Position numbers and translations under genes: made by a program. A stretch of 39,637 nt of DNA, taken from an uncultured Nitrospiraceae bacterium (GTDB lineage Bacteria > Nitrospirota > Thermodesulfovibrionia > Thermodesulfovibrionales > Dissulfurispiraceae). A model generated the notes under the pieces. That model saw only the letters and a program-made list of their open reading frames with translations, did not search any database and was not told the DNA's origin. Shown in pieces: positions 9,621-19,407 of this stretch. Each line of letters opens with the position of its first letter. Within the stretch, counting starts at the first letter, position 1. The stretch lies in the NCBI GenBank assembly GCA_947085205.1, contig CAMTVO010000025.1, forward strand, positions 1 to 39,637, in the 5' to 3' direction.

Positions 9621-9636
9621 TTTATTTGGAGGTAAG

Positions 9637-10368
9637 ATGAGGCCTGATGGAAGAAAGAACGACGAACTAAGAAAAGTGCGGGTTACGAGGAACTTTATAA
9701 AAACGGCAGAGGGTTCTGCATTGATAGAAGTCGGCAATACGAGAGTTATATGCACGTCTTCGATAGAGGAAAAGGTTCCTCCCTTTCTCAGAGACCAGAA
9801 GAGGGGTTGGGTGACTGCAGAGTACGGCATGCTGCCGAGGGCTACCAATACAAGGACTGTTAGGGAATCCACTGTAGGCCGTGTAGGCGGAAGGACGCAG
9901 GAGATACAGAGGCTGATAGGAAGGGCGTTAAGGGCCGTGATTGATATGGAAGCGCTTGGAGCAAGGACGATATGGGTCGACTGCGATGTGATACAGGCCG
10001 ACGGAGGCACGAGAACGGCATCTATAACAGGCGCCTTTATAGCTCTTAATGATGCATTGCATAATGCCATTAGAAACGGGATGCTCGAAAAAAATCCCGT
10101 AAGGGACTATCTCGCTGCGGTCAGCGTCGGTATTATCAACAACGAGCCTCGCCTCGACTTATGTTATGCGGAAGATTCTGCAGCAGAGGTGGATATGAAT
10201 GTAGTTATGACAGGGAGCGGCAAAATAGTCGAAATACAGGGAACTGCCGAATCGGAACCGTTTTCAAAAGAGATGCTGAATTCGATGCTCTTGCTGGCGG
10301 AAAAAGGCGTGGCAGAACTAATCAAAATTCAGAGAGAGATACTTAAGTCAAATATGTTACAATATTAA
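9637..10368 (+). CDS. rph: Ribonuclease PH
   Basis: [60 protein letters not shown] precedes ATG 9637. Confidence 0.97.
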   Translation: MRPDGRKNDELRKVRVTRNFIKTAEGSALIEVGNTRVICTSSIEEKVPPFLRDQKRGWVTAEYGMLPRATNTRTVRESTVGRVGGRTQEIQRLIGRALRAVIDMEALGARTIWVDCDVIQADGGTRTASITGAFIALNDALHNAIRNGMLEKNPVRDYLAAVSVGIINNEPRLDLCYAEDSAAEVDMNVVMTGSGKIVEIQGTAESEPFSKEMLNSMLLLAEKGVAELIKIQREILKSNMLQY

Positions 10369-10369
10369 C

Positions 10370-12184
10370 ATGCAAGGGAAAGGCCAAAATATGTCCAAGA
10401 GTTTGTTTGTATGGCTTCTCATAGGGATGGCGATGATCCTCCTCTTTAATCTTTTTAATGTGCCTCCCAAGAGCGATAAAGAGATAATATTCTCCGAATT
10501 TATTTCAAAGGTCGAATCAGGAGAGGTCGATGAAGTCACCATTAAGGAGAATCACATAACCGGAAGTTTTAAGGATGGCAGCAAGTTCAGGGTCTTTATA
10601 GTTAACTACCCCGACCTTGTCAAGGAACTGAGGGATAAAAAAATCAAGATAACCGCAAGGCCGCCTGACCAGAATCCGTGGTATGTGAACTTCTTCTTCT
10701 CATGGGGGCCTATAATATTTCTCGTACTCGTCTGGATCATATTTATGAAGCAGATGCAGATGGGCGGCAACAAGGCTATGTCCTTCGGAAAGACGAAGGC
10801 AAAACTGGTTTCGGATAAGGCAGTGAAGATTACATTTGCCGATGTGGCAGGTATAGAAGAAGCAAAGGCAGAGGTTGGAGAGATAATTGAGTTTTTAAAA
10901 GACCCTCAGAAGTTTTCAAAACTGGGAGGCAAGATACCAAAAGGTGTTCTTTTGGTGGGTTCTCCTGGTACCGGAAAAACCCTTCTTGCAAAGGCAATAG
11001 CAGGAGAGGCGGGAGTTCCCTTCTTCTCTATTTCAGGCTCAGACTTTGTCGAAATGTTTGTCGGCGTAGGCGCATCGCGCGTCAGGGACCTGTTTGAACA
11101 GGCAAAGAAGAACGCGCCCTGCATAATATTCATAGACGAAATTGATGCGGTAGGAAGACAGAGGGGCGCAGGGCTTGGCGGCGGGCATGATGAAAGGGAG
11201 CAGACCCTGAATGCACTCCTTGTTGAGATGGACGGTTTTGAAGGCAATGAAGGAACAATCATACTTGCTGCAACCAACAGGCCGGATGTCCTCGATCCCG
11301 CGCTTTTAAGGCCCGGAAGGTTCGACAGGCAAATAGTAGTGCCGGCTCCTGATGTCAGGGGAAGGCTTGAGATACTCAAAGTGCACACAAAGAATATACC
11401 TCTTGCTGAAGATGTTACCCTCGAAAAGATAGCAAGGGGCACGCCGGGATTCTCCGGCGCAGACCTTGCAAACCTTGTCAATGAGGCGGCGCTCCTCGCT
11501 GCAAGGAAGACGAAGGAAAAGGTGGATATGTCTGATTTTGAGTCTGCAAAAGATAAAGTATTAATGGGTGTGGAAAGGCGGAGTATGGTCATAAGCGATA
11601 CAGAAAAGAAGAACACGGCTTATCACGAAGCCGGACATGCGCTCGTCGCAAAGCTTACACCTGGCACAGACCCGATACATAAGGTGAGCATTATACCGAG
11701 GGGAAGGGCGCTCGGCGTTACACAGCAGCTTCCCATAGACGACAGATACACATATTCGAGGGACTATCTCGAAAAGGCCCTTAATGTGCTTCTGGGAGGC
11801 AGGGCAGCAGAGGAGATAGCTCTTCATCATATGACCACAGGCGCTGGAAACGATCTCGAGAGGGCTACAGATCTTGCGAGAAAGATGGTTACGGAATGGG
11901 GCATGAGCGAGAAACTCGGGCCGCTTACATTCGGCAAAAAGGACGAGCAGATATTTCTTGGCCGTGAAATAGCAAAGCATAAAGATTACAGCGAAAAAAC
12001 CGCCGAAGGAATAGATGACGAGGTAAGGAGAATTGTGACAGAAGCATACAAGAGGGCAAAGAAACTCGTGGAGGAAAATTATGACCTTCTTGATGGTATT
12101 GCACAAGCGCTCCTTGAGAGGGAGACCATAGAGGGAAGCGACATAGACAAAATAATGGAAGAGACAAGAGCTGTGAGGGCATGA
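10370..12184 (+). CDS. ftsH: ATP-dependent zinc metalloprotease FtsH
   Basis: Two TMs, Walker A GSPGTGKT, Walker B IFIDEID, SRH 'LLRPGRFDR', HEAGH. Confidence 0.98.
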   Translation: MQGKGQNMSKSLFVWLLIGMAMILLFNLFNVPPKSDKEIIFSEFISKVESGEVDEVTIKENHITGSFKDGSKFRVFIVNYPDLVKELRDKKIKITARPPDQNPWYVNFFFSWGPIIFLVLVWIIFMKQMQMGGNKAMSFGKTKAKLVSDKAVKITFADVAGIEEAKAEVGEIIEFLKDPQKFSKLGGKIPKGVLLVGSPGTGKTLLAKAIAGEAGVPFFSISGSDFVEMFVGVGASRVRDLFEQAKKNAPCIIFIDEIDAVGRQRGAGLGGGHDEREQTLNALLVEMDGFEGNEGTIILAATNRPDVLDPALLRPGRFDRQIVVPAPDVRGRLEILKVHTKNIPLAEDVTLEKIARGTPGFSGADLANLVNEAALLAARKTKEKVDMSDFESAKDKVLMGVERRSMVISDTEKKNTAYHEAGHALVAKLTPGTDPIHKVSIIPRGRALGVTQQLPIDDRYTYSRDYLEKALNVLLGGRAAEEIALHHMTTGAGNDLERATDLARKMVTEWGMSEKLGPLTFGKKDEQIFLGREIAKHKDYSEKTAEGIDDEVRRIVTEAYKRAKKLVEENYDLLDGIAQALLERETIEGSDIDKIMEETRAVRA

Positions 12185-13032
12185 AGGTTGAGTGGTCAGA
12201 CTTCTCTTTAGACTTCGATAAAAAACCCTGCATAATGGGGATTCTCAATATTACCCCTGATTCATTTTCTGACGGCGGTCTTTATTTTGACGAGAAAAAG
12301 GCCATCGAACATGCACAAAGGATTGTTGAAGAAGGAGCCGATATTATAGATATTGGCGGAGAATCCACAAGACCCGGCTCGGAGCCTGTGCCTGTTGAAG
12401 AAGAGATAAGACGCACAATTCCGGTAATAAAGACAATCTCTAAGTCATTAAAAATTCCCATCTCAATTGACACCTACAAGTCCGAGGTCGCAAGACGCGC
12501 CCTCGATGCGGGCGCGTCGATGGTGAACGACATAAGCGGTTTGCGTTTTGATCCTGATATGCCGAAGGTCGTTTCCGAATATAAGGTTCCTGTAATCATA
12601 ATGCACATCAAGGGACGGCCGAAAGACATGCAGCAGAACCCTGTCTATGAGGCATTAATTCCCGAAATTATGGATTACCTGAGGATAAGCATACGGCTTG
12701 CTTCCAATTTCGGCATTCCGGAAAACAAAATCATTATCGACCCCGGCATAGGTTTCGGAAAGACCTTTGAGCATAACCTTGAGATTATAAAGAATCTCAA
12801 GGAATTTACACTCCTTGGAAAACCCATTGCAGTAGGAGTTTCAAGAAAGGCATTTATAGGCAAAATCCTTGGAGATGTCCCGCCGTCAGAAAGGCTTGAA
12901 GGCGCTGCGGCTGCTGTTACTATCTCTATATTTAATGGTGCAAACATTGTCAGGGTGCATGATGTGAAGGAGATGGCAAGGGTTGCAAAGGTTGCAGATG
13001 CGATAAAGAGGGGTTACTTCTTCCAGAACTGA
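12181..13032 (+). CDS. folP: Dihydropteroate synthase
   Basis: [43 protein letters not shown]. Conserved ftsH-folP order. Confidence 0.97.
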   Translation: MKVEWSDFSLDFDKKPCIMGILNITPDSFSDGGLYFDEKKAIEHAQRIVEEGADIIDIGGESTRPGSEPVPVEEEIRRTIPVIKTISKSLKIPISIDTYKSEVARRALDAGASMVNDISGLRFDPDMPKVVSEYKVPVIIMHIKGRPKDMQQNPVYEALIPEIMDYLRISIRLASNFGIPENKIIIDPGIGFGKTFEHNLEIIKNLKEFTLLGKPIAVGVSRKAFIGKILGDVPPSERLEGAAAAVTISIFNGANIVRVHDVKEMARVAKVADAIKRGYFFQN

Positions 13033-14462
13033 GGCACAAAGAATATCAATACCGTATAAATCTCAAGCCTTCCAGTGAGCATGCAAAATATCAAAATCCA
13101 TTTCCCTGCATCAGGAATTGACGCATAATTTTCAGCAGGCCCTGCTTCACCGAGGGCAGGACCCACATTACACATTGCTGATATAACGGTTGAGGCGGAT
13201 GTGATAATATCCATACCTGTGGCAGCCATTCCGATGGTTGCTATTGCACACACAAATATAAAGAGGAATACAAATCCCCATATGCTGCCCAGCATCTCTT
13301 TTGTCAGAAACTTGTCATCGAGTTTAAGGGATGTTACTGCGCGCGGATGTATCAGTTGATACATTTCTCTATACCCATGCTTAAGCATCAGCAGCATTCT
13401 TACCTGTTTTATTCCTCCGCCTGTTGAACCTATCATCCCGCCAAAAAACATTAACACCACAAGGGTTACCTGTGAAAATGACGACCATTTCTCAAAATCA
13501 GCAGTTGCATATCCTGTTGTGGTCATGATGGATGCGACCTGAAAAAAAGCGTATCTGATGGAATCAGAAAGTGAGTCATATGACGATTTCCATATGTTGA
13601 GAGTTATTATTATCGTGGCGATCAAAGCTACGACAAGATAAAACCTGAATTCATTGTTTTTCCATAGCCTCTTGACATCGCCCCTGAAGACATAAAAGTA
13701 AAGGGAATAGTTGACGCCTGCAAGAAGCATGAATATGCTTGCGGTGTATTCAATGAAAGGACTTTCAAAGTGAGCAATGCTCGTATTTTTTGTAGAAAAT
13801 CCGCCGGTTGCCATTGTTGTAAATGCATGGCATAAGGCGTCATATAGATTCATTCCGCCAGCCATATATAGAGCTGTCGCGATGGATGTAAGCCCTACAT
13901 AGATAAACCATAGAGCCTTTGCTGTGTCAATAATCCTCGGTTTGAGTTTATCAACGTTTATTTCAGGGACTTCTGCTTTGAAAAGCTGCATGCCGCCTGT
14001 TCCAAGCAGGGGGAGTATTGCTATGGCGAACAGTATTATGCCCATACCACCTATCCACTGTGTAAGACTCCTCCAGAACAGGATTCCCATTGGTACAACC
14101 TCTATGTCCCTAAGCGCCGATGCGCCTGTTGTCGTAAAACCTGCCATTGATTCGAAATAGGCATCAGTAAAGGAATGGAATGTGCCTGCCAATATATAAG
14201 GAACCGCCCCGAAGAAAGCCACTGCCAGCCAGCTAAGGGTAACTACAATGAATGCATCCCTATGTTTTAATTCCTCTTTTTTGTGGGCTCGTGTCAGGAA
14301 GTAAAGCAGGATTCCCGATAATAAAGTTATGAGAAACGATTTGACAAGAGGAACAATGTCCTGTTGTCCATATATGAGCGATACAATGACCGGAAATAGC
14401 ATGAATAAGGATGTAAAAATCAGGACAATGCTGACAATATTCAGTATTAATTTAAAGTTCAT
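13014..14462 (-). CDS. trkH: Trk potassium uptake membrane protein
   Basis: Four pore motifs (FTTTGA, ATGGFS, TTTGY, NVGPA), GSTGGGIK, GRLE. Confidence 0.95.
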   Translation of the reverse strand: MNFKLILNIVSIVLIFTSLFMLFPVIVSLIYGQQDIVPLVKSFLITLLSGILLYFLTRAHKKEELKHRDAFIVVTLSWLAVAFFGAVPYILAGTFHSFTDAYFESMAGFTTTGASALRDIEVVPMGILFWRSLTQWIGGMGIILFAIAILPLLGTGGMQLFKAEVPEINVDKLKPRIIDTAKALWFIYVGLTSIATALYMAGGMNLYDALCHAFTTMATGGFSTKNTSIAHFESPFIEYTASIFMLLAGVNYSLYFYVFRGDVKRLWKNNEFRFYLVVALIATIIITLNIWKSSYDSLSDSIRYAFFQVASIMTTTGYATADFEKWSSFSQVTLVVLMFFGGMIGSTGGGIKQVRMLLMLKHGYREMYQLIHPRAVTSLKLDDKFLTKEMLGSIWGFVFLFIFVCAIATIGMAATGMDIITSASTVISAMCNVGPALGEAGPAENYASIPDAGKWILIFCMLTGRLEIYTVLIFFVPQFWKK

Positions 14463-15799
14463 GCAAGAATCTTTTCTATGTCTTTGATTGATTCCCTCAG
14501 TGTGAAGATTATGAGCTTGTCGTTCTCTAATATAATGTCAGCGCCTGAAGGAATGATTATTTTTTCGTCCCTTATAATAGCGCCGATAAGGGATGACTTT
14601 GGAAGCTTCGCATCCTTTAATGTCTTTCCAATAAGCGGTGATGTCCTGCTAACTCTTGCCTCGAGTATTTCAGCCTTATCCTCTGCCACTGCGGTCAGGG
14701 AAAGGATGTCGCCTCTCCTGACATATCGCAGAATAGTGCTTGCTGTAATAAGTCTGGGGCTCAGAATGGCCTGAAGCCCGAGACTGTGAGCAAGAGGGAT
14801 ATAGTCCGTTCTATTTACGATAGCTATTGTCTTTTTAGCTCCTAACTTTTTTGCAAGCAGGGACGCCATTATGTTAAGCTCCTCATTGTTTGAGACAGCT
14901 ACAAAGGCATCCATATCCCCGATATTTTCTTCGAGGAGCAATTTCTGGTCAGTTCCGTCGCCGTGAAGCACCAGAGTTTTACCGAGGTACCTGCTTAAAT
15001 ATTTGCACCTCTCGGCATCTCTCTCAATAATCTTGATGTCGGCTTTATGCTCCATGTTTGTGGCGATATAATAGCCTATTTTCCCTCCTCCGAGTATCAT
15101 GACCCTTTTTGACGGTTTGGTTGAAACTTCCAACATTGCGGCTGTATCAGCTATATCCACTTTTTTGACGGGCAGGTAGATTATGTCGCCGCTTTTTATA
15201 ATGTCGTTACCCGAAGGCACGATGGTCTTATCCTCTCTTTCGATTATCCCGACGATGAACTTTTTATCGGTTCCTGAACGAATATCTTTCAATGACTTTC
15301 CTATCAGAGAAGTCTTCTCAAGCACTTTGAAGCCGATTACTTTTATAATGCCGCCTTCAAAATCCTCAACCTCTGTTGCAAATGGTATTTCGAGAAGCCT
15401 TGTTATAGCCTTTGCAACTTCGAGTTCAGGGTTGATTGCCGGGTCGATGTCAAGATTATCCCTGCAAAGGAGGTCTTTATTAAAGAAATAATCCGGGTTT
15501 CTGATACGGGCGATCTTGCGAGGTACCTTAAACATCGCCTTTGCAAGGAGACATGCAATCATATTGGTTTCATCGCTGTTTGTTACTGCAAGTATAATGT
15601 CCGCCTTGTCGGCATCGGCGTCTTTCAATGCAGAAGGGTCTCCTCCCTCGGCTTCTATAACTGCTACATCTAGTTCCTCGCTTATCTTTTTTAGTTTTTC
15701 TTTATCCCTGTCGATTACTACTACATCGATATGTTCGAGGGTAAGGAACTTTGCTATCTGATAGCCTACTTCACCGGCGCCTACGATTATCACACGCAT
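14459..15799 (-). CDS. trkA: Trk potassium uptake regulatory protein (two RCK domains)
   Basis: GAGEVG and GGGKIG Rossmann motifs, 'SDETNMIAC' and 'KIARIRN'. Confidence 0.95.
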   Translation of the reverse strand: MRVIIVGAGEVGYQIAKFLTLEHIDVVVIDRDKEKLKKISEELDVAVIEAEGGDPSALKDADADKADIILAVTNSDETNMIACLLAKAMFKVPRKIARIRNPDYFFNKDLLCRDNLDIDPAINPELEVAKAITRLLEIPFATEVEDFEGGIIKVIGFKVLEKTSLIGKSLKDIRSGTDKKFIVGIIEREDKTIVPSGNDIIKSGDIIYLPVKKVDIADTAAMLEVSTKPSKRVMILGGGKIGYYIATNMEHKADIKIIERDAERCKYLSRYLGKTLVLHGDGTDQKLLLEENIGDMDAFVAVSNNEELNIMASLLAKKLGAKKTIAIVNRTDYIPLAHSLGLQAILSPRLITASTILRYVRRGDILSLTAVAEDKAEILEARVSRTSPLIGKTLKDAKLPKSSLIGAIIRDEKIIIPSGADIILENDKLIIFTLRESIKDIEKILA

Positions 15800-15821
15800 G
15801 CAGAATTATATCACATTCAAA

Positions 15822-15962
15822 CCCGAAAATAGACATAGAAAGTTGTCATTGCAAGTGAAACGAAGCAATCTCAAGCTTTTACAGAAAGATTGCCACGAAC
15901 CCTTCGGGTTCTTGCAATGACAGGTAATTCAAGCATTTATAGTTTTATGTCTATTTTTCGGG
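15822..15962. repeat. Nested palindromic (MITE/RPE-like) element
   Basis: Outer IR CCCGAAAATAGACATAGAA / TTTTATGTCTATTTTTCGGG. Inner perfect 12-bp IR TGTCATTGCAAG (15844-15855) / CTTGCAATGACA (15911-15922). Internal GCAATCT/AGATTGC stem and a cTTCGg hairpin. Confidence 0.8.
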
Positions 15963-15975
15963 GACGGTATTGTCG

Positions 15976-16005
15976 TTGACAACAACGCTGCATTCCATTT
16001 AAATT
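15976..16005 (+). promoter_or_regulatory. Sigma70-type promoter of icd
   Basis: TTGACA-N18-TAAATT upstream of SD GGAGG. Confidence 0.55.
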
Positions 16006-16036
16006 ATCAGATGTTTTTTTGATGTAGGGAGGAGAC

Positions 16037-17248
16037 ATGTCTGGCAAAATTAAGGTGAAAGGCCCCATAGTCGAGATGGACGGCGATGAAATGACCAGAA
16101 TTATATGGCATCTCATAAAGGAGAAGCTGGTACTGCCTTTTCTTGATGTAGAATTGAAATATTACGACCTCGGAATAAAGCACAGGGATGAGACGGATGA
16201 TATGGTCACAATTGAGGCGGCGAACGCTATAAAGGAATTCGGCATAGGCGTGAAGTGCGCCACCATAACGCCGAATGCGGCGCGTGTAAAGGAATATAAC
16301 CTCAAACAGCAGTGGAAGAGCCCCAACGGCACAATCCGCTCGATATTGGACGGCACGGTATTCAGAAAACCCATCATCATAAAAAACATTCCACCTGCTG
16401 TGCGCAAATGGAAGAAACCGATTATTATAGGCCGTCATGCCTATGGAGACATATACAAAGATGTGGAGATGGTTGTTGATAGGCCTGGCACCGCAGAAAT
16501 TGTCTTCACTCCGGAAGGCGGCGGCGAAAAGACCGTACTGAAGATTCATGACTTCAAGCGTAAAGGCGTCGTCATGGGCATGCACAACACGGAAAAGTCC
16601 ATCAGGAGTTTTGCTCAGTCATGCATAAATTACGCGCTCAGCGAAAAGGTCGACCTCTGGTTCGGGGCAAAGGACACAATATCCAAGCAGTATCACGGCT
16701 TTTTCAGGGATATCTTTGCAGAAGAAGTCGAGAAAGTTAAAGCCAGATTCGAGAAGGCAGGAATACATTACCGTTACCTGCTTATAGACGACGCTGTCGC
16801 ACAGGTCATAAAATCAGAGGGAGGGATGCTCTGGGCATGCATGAACTATGACGGCGATGTCATGTCGGATATGGTGGCGTCGGGCTTTGGAAGCCTCGGT
16901 CTTATGACATCTGTTCTTGTATCTCCGGACGGTAAATTCGAATATGAAGCAGCCCACGGTACAGTAATGAGACACTATTATGAATACCTTAAAGGCAATC
17001 CAACATCAACAAATTCCATTGCATCTATCTTTGCATGGACAGGCGCTCTGGCAAAGAGAGGCGAACTCGACAACACGCCTGATGTAGTTAAATTTGCAAA
17101 GACCCTCGAAGGTGTTGTTATTCAGACAGTGGAAAGCGGCATAATGACAAAAGACCTTATGCTCATTGCAGAACCGCCTGTGACGAAATATGCTCTCACA
17201 GAGGAATTCATCGATGCAGTTGCAGAGAGACTGAAAGAGACGATTTAG
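16037..17248 (+). CDS. icd: NADP-dependent isocitrate dehydrogenase (type II, homodimeric)
   Basis: [59 protein letters not shown]. Confidence 0.96.
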   Translation: MSGKIKVKGPIVEMDGDEMTRIIWHLIKEKLVLPFLDVELKYYDLGIKHRDETDDMVTIEAANAIKEFGIGVKCATITPNAARVKEYNLKQQWKSPNGTIRSILDGTVFRKPIIIKNIPPAVRKWKKPIIIGRHAYGDIYKDVEMVVDRPGTAEIVFTPEGGGEKTVLKIHDFKRKGVVMGMHNTEKSIRSFAQSCINYALSEKVDLWFGAKDTISKQYHGFFRDIFAEEVEKVKARFEKAGIHYRYLLIDDAVAQVIKSEGGMLWACMNYDGDVMSDMVASGFGSLGLMTSVLVSPDGKFEYEAAHGTVMRHYYEYLKGNPTSTNSIASIFAWTGALAKRGELDNTPDVVKFAKTLEGVVIQTVESGIMTKDLMLIAEPPVTKYALTEEFIDAVAERLKETI

Positions 17249-17260
17249 CAGGCTATGCGT

Positions 17261-17521
17261 TCAAGGCATAAAACCAATATGTTCTGTGTCGTTAAAATCT
17301 TTGTACAGAGGCGATGATTTGGTGTAGTAGCTTATGCCGTCTTCTTCAGTGATGCACTTATAGAGTTTTGCCGAGAAAGCGCCTGCAATACCTCCAATTG
17401 CTGCTCCCATAAGTCCGCCCATTTTAGGGTTCCTTCGATTTGATAACATGCCCGCTGCCGCACCGGTTGCTGCCGCTATTCCTACCAATATTATCAGATG
17501 TCCCGGTTTTTTCATATGCAA
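17261..17521 (-). CDS. Small glycine-zipper-like membrane protein, hypothetical
   Basis: Two Gly/Ala-rich hydrophobic segments, directly downstream of argS. The start may be 17515. Confidence 0.6.
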   Translation of the reverse strand: MHMKKPGHLIILVGIAAATGAAAGMLSNRRNPKMGGLMGAAIGGIAGAFSAKLYKCITEEDGISYYTKSSPLYKDFNDTEHIGFMP

Positions 17522-17525
17522 TCCT

Positions 17526-19193
17526 CTACATCCGTTCCGGCGCTTTTACTCCGAGTATCTTTAATCCGTGTCTTAGGACAATCTGTACTGCCTTGCATAT
17601 GGCAAGCCTTGCTTTTGTAAGTTCCAGATCTTCTGATACTACCCTGTGTTTGTGATAATAGGGATGAAACATTCCTGCCAATTCCTGAAGATAGAAGGTT
17701 ATCCTGTGAGGTTCATGGGCAAGCGCTGCATTTTTGAACATCATGGGATAAAGCAGGAGTTTCTTGATTATTCTCATTTCCTCGTCATTGAATAAATCTC
17801 CGTTGAAGTCTAAACTCCCAAACTCCTTAATTCCTAAGCTCTTTAACTCTTCTTTCGCTTTTTTAAATATACTGTTAATCCTCGCATGGGCATACTGGAC
17901 ATAATATACAGGGTTTTCAGAAGACTGCGCTTTTGCCACTTCTATGTCAACTTCGAGATGGCTGTCAGACCTTCTTGTGAGAAATAGAAACTTTGTGGTA
18001 TCAGCACCTATCTCGTCCATTACCTCCCGGAGTGTGATAAATTCACCTGCCCTTTTTGACATCTGGACAGGTTTTCCACCCCTTAGAAGGGTAACCATCT
18101 GCACAAGGAGTATTTTTAAGTTATCCTTAGGATAACCAATCGCCTGTATAACTGCCTGCATCCTTGGTATATATCCATGATGATCAGCGCCCCATATATC
18201 TATTATCTCGTCAAATCTCTTTTCCACTTTTTTTCTATGGTACGCTATGTCAGTGGCAAAATATGTATATTCTCTGTCTTTTTTAATAATAACCCTGTCC
18301 TTGTCATCTCCAAATTCCGTAGATTTAAACCATATTGCACCGTCTTTTTCGTAAATATAGCCACGCTTTTTCAGTTCATCTATTGATTCTTCAACTTCTG
18401 ACTTCTGATAGAGTTCCTTTTCACTCTGCCATGTATCAAAGAAAACGCCGAAATCCTCAAGATCTTTTTTTATCTCAGCGAGCATTTTTTTATAAGAAAA
18501 GTCTGTAATTTCTTCGAGTAGTCTATTGTCGTCTTTTGCTTCTAACTCTGAACTCCGAACTCTAAACTCTTTAGCAAGGTCTTCTATATATTCTCCCCTG
18601 TATCCATCCTCCGGGAATGGATAATCTATTCCCATCATTTGTTTGTATTTTGCCAGTACAGACTCACCGAGTAGCCTTACCTGTCTGCCTGCATCGTTTA
18701 TATAATATTCCCTTTCCACATTATATCCGGCTTCCTTAAGCAGATTTGAAAGCGCAGCACCCAGCGCAGCGCCCCTCCCATGCCCTAAATGTAAAGGCCC
18801 TGTCGGGTTTGCGCTCACGAATTCCATCTGAACACCTCTTCCCTTTCCAATGTTCTCAATAAGAAAATTGTCCTGCTTTTCAATGAGTTCTTTTAACTCA
18901 CTACAAAGGAATGTCTTTGTGAAGGTGAAATTTATAAAACCTGGTCCTGCTATCTCTATTTTCTCAAATAACTCTGAACTCTTAACTCCTAACTCTAAAC
19001 TCTGCATGGAATTGACAATATCCTCAGCTATCTTCCGCGGAGGCCTTTTCAGCGTCTTTGCGAGCCCCATTGCCATAGGTGTCGATAAATCCCCAAAACT
19101 TTCTTCTCTGGGTGTCTCAATTTCAATGAAACCGACTGCTGATTGCTGGGCATTGACTGCTTTTTTCAGTATTTCTCTAAGAATTTTTTCCAT
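17526..19193 (-). CDS. argS: Arginine--tRNA ligase
   Basis: 'FGDLS', 'AGPGFINF', 'EFVSANPTGPLHLGHGR' (HIGH), 'WGADHHGY', 'MSKRAG', 'NPVYYVQYAHAR', C-terminal 'APERM'. Start ATG 19193. Confidence 0.98.
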   Translation of the reverse strand: MEKILREILKKAVNAQQSAVGFIEIETPREESFGDLSTPMAMGLAKTLKRPPRKIAEDIVNSMQSLELGVKSSELFEKIEIAGPGFINFTFTKTFLCSELKELIEKQDNFLIENIGKGRGVQMEFVSANPTGPLHLGHGRGAALGAALSNLLKEAGYNVEREYYINDAGRQVRLLGESVLAKYKQMMGIDYPFPEDGYRGEYIEDLAKEFRVRSSELEAKDDNRLLEEITDFSYKKMLAEIKKDLEDFGVFFDTWQSEKELYQKSEVEESIDELKKRGYIYEKDGAIWFKSTEFGDDKDRVIIKKDREYTYFATDIAYHRKKVEKRFDEIIDIWGADHHGYIPRMQAVIQAIGYPKDNLKILLVQMVTLLRGGKPVQMSKRAGEFITLREVMDEIGADTTKFLFLTRRSDSHLEVDIEVAKAQSSENPVYYVQYAHARINSIFKKAKEELKSLGIKEFGSLDFNGDLFNDEEMRIIKKLLLYPMMFKNAALAHEPHRITFYLQELAGMFHPYYHKHRVVSEDLELTKARLAICKAVQIVLRHGLKILGVKAPERM

Positions 19194-19201
19194 AACTGTT
19201 A

Positions 19202-19231
19202 AGTTTAAGCATCTTGCTGTCTGATTGTCAA
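19202..19231 (-). promoter_or_regulatory. argS promoter (near-leaderless)
   Basis: TTGACA-N18-TAAACT, then 8 nt to the ATG with no SD. Confidence 0.65.
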
Positions 19232-19242
19232 TCAAGCTGAAA

Positions 19243-19298
19243 ATTTACAAAAAATTTACGCTTATTAACTTCAAATTTACCTCATTTAGTAGTAGGAT
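19243..19298 (+). promoter_or_regulatory. Four phased ATTWAC direct repeats (OmpR/PhoB-type box) plus candidate -10
   Basis: TTTAC 19244, TTTAC 19255, TTAAC 19265, TTTAC 19276 (spacing 11/10/11), then TAGGAT at 19293-19298 with no good -35. Confidence 0.65.
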
Positions 19299-19407
19299 GT
19301 AGTATGGTAGCATGAAAAAATATAAAGGGGGTGGAGACGGGGATTTTTCTTAAAGGTAAAAAAGAGTGTTAGGTATCAAAGTTTAAATCCAAGAAGGAGG
19401 TAGTGGA

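Noticed and set aside
9589..9636. N-terminal extension [16 protein letters not shown] on RNase PH
   Set aside because: It is translation through the ATTACGC repeat. The SD and the conserved MRPDGR start point to 9637.
10906..11616. 236-aa antisense ORF, and similar shadows at 5065-5760, 7391-7990, 16007-16585 and 24195-24791
   Set aside because: They lie opposite well-conserved genes, have no recognisable motifs, and are explained by codon bias on the coding strand.
15970..15982. TTGTC-N3-GACAA palindrome over the icd -35
   Set aside because: The arms are only 5 bp and one is largely the -35 itself, too weak to call an operator.
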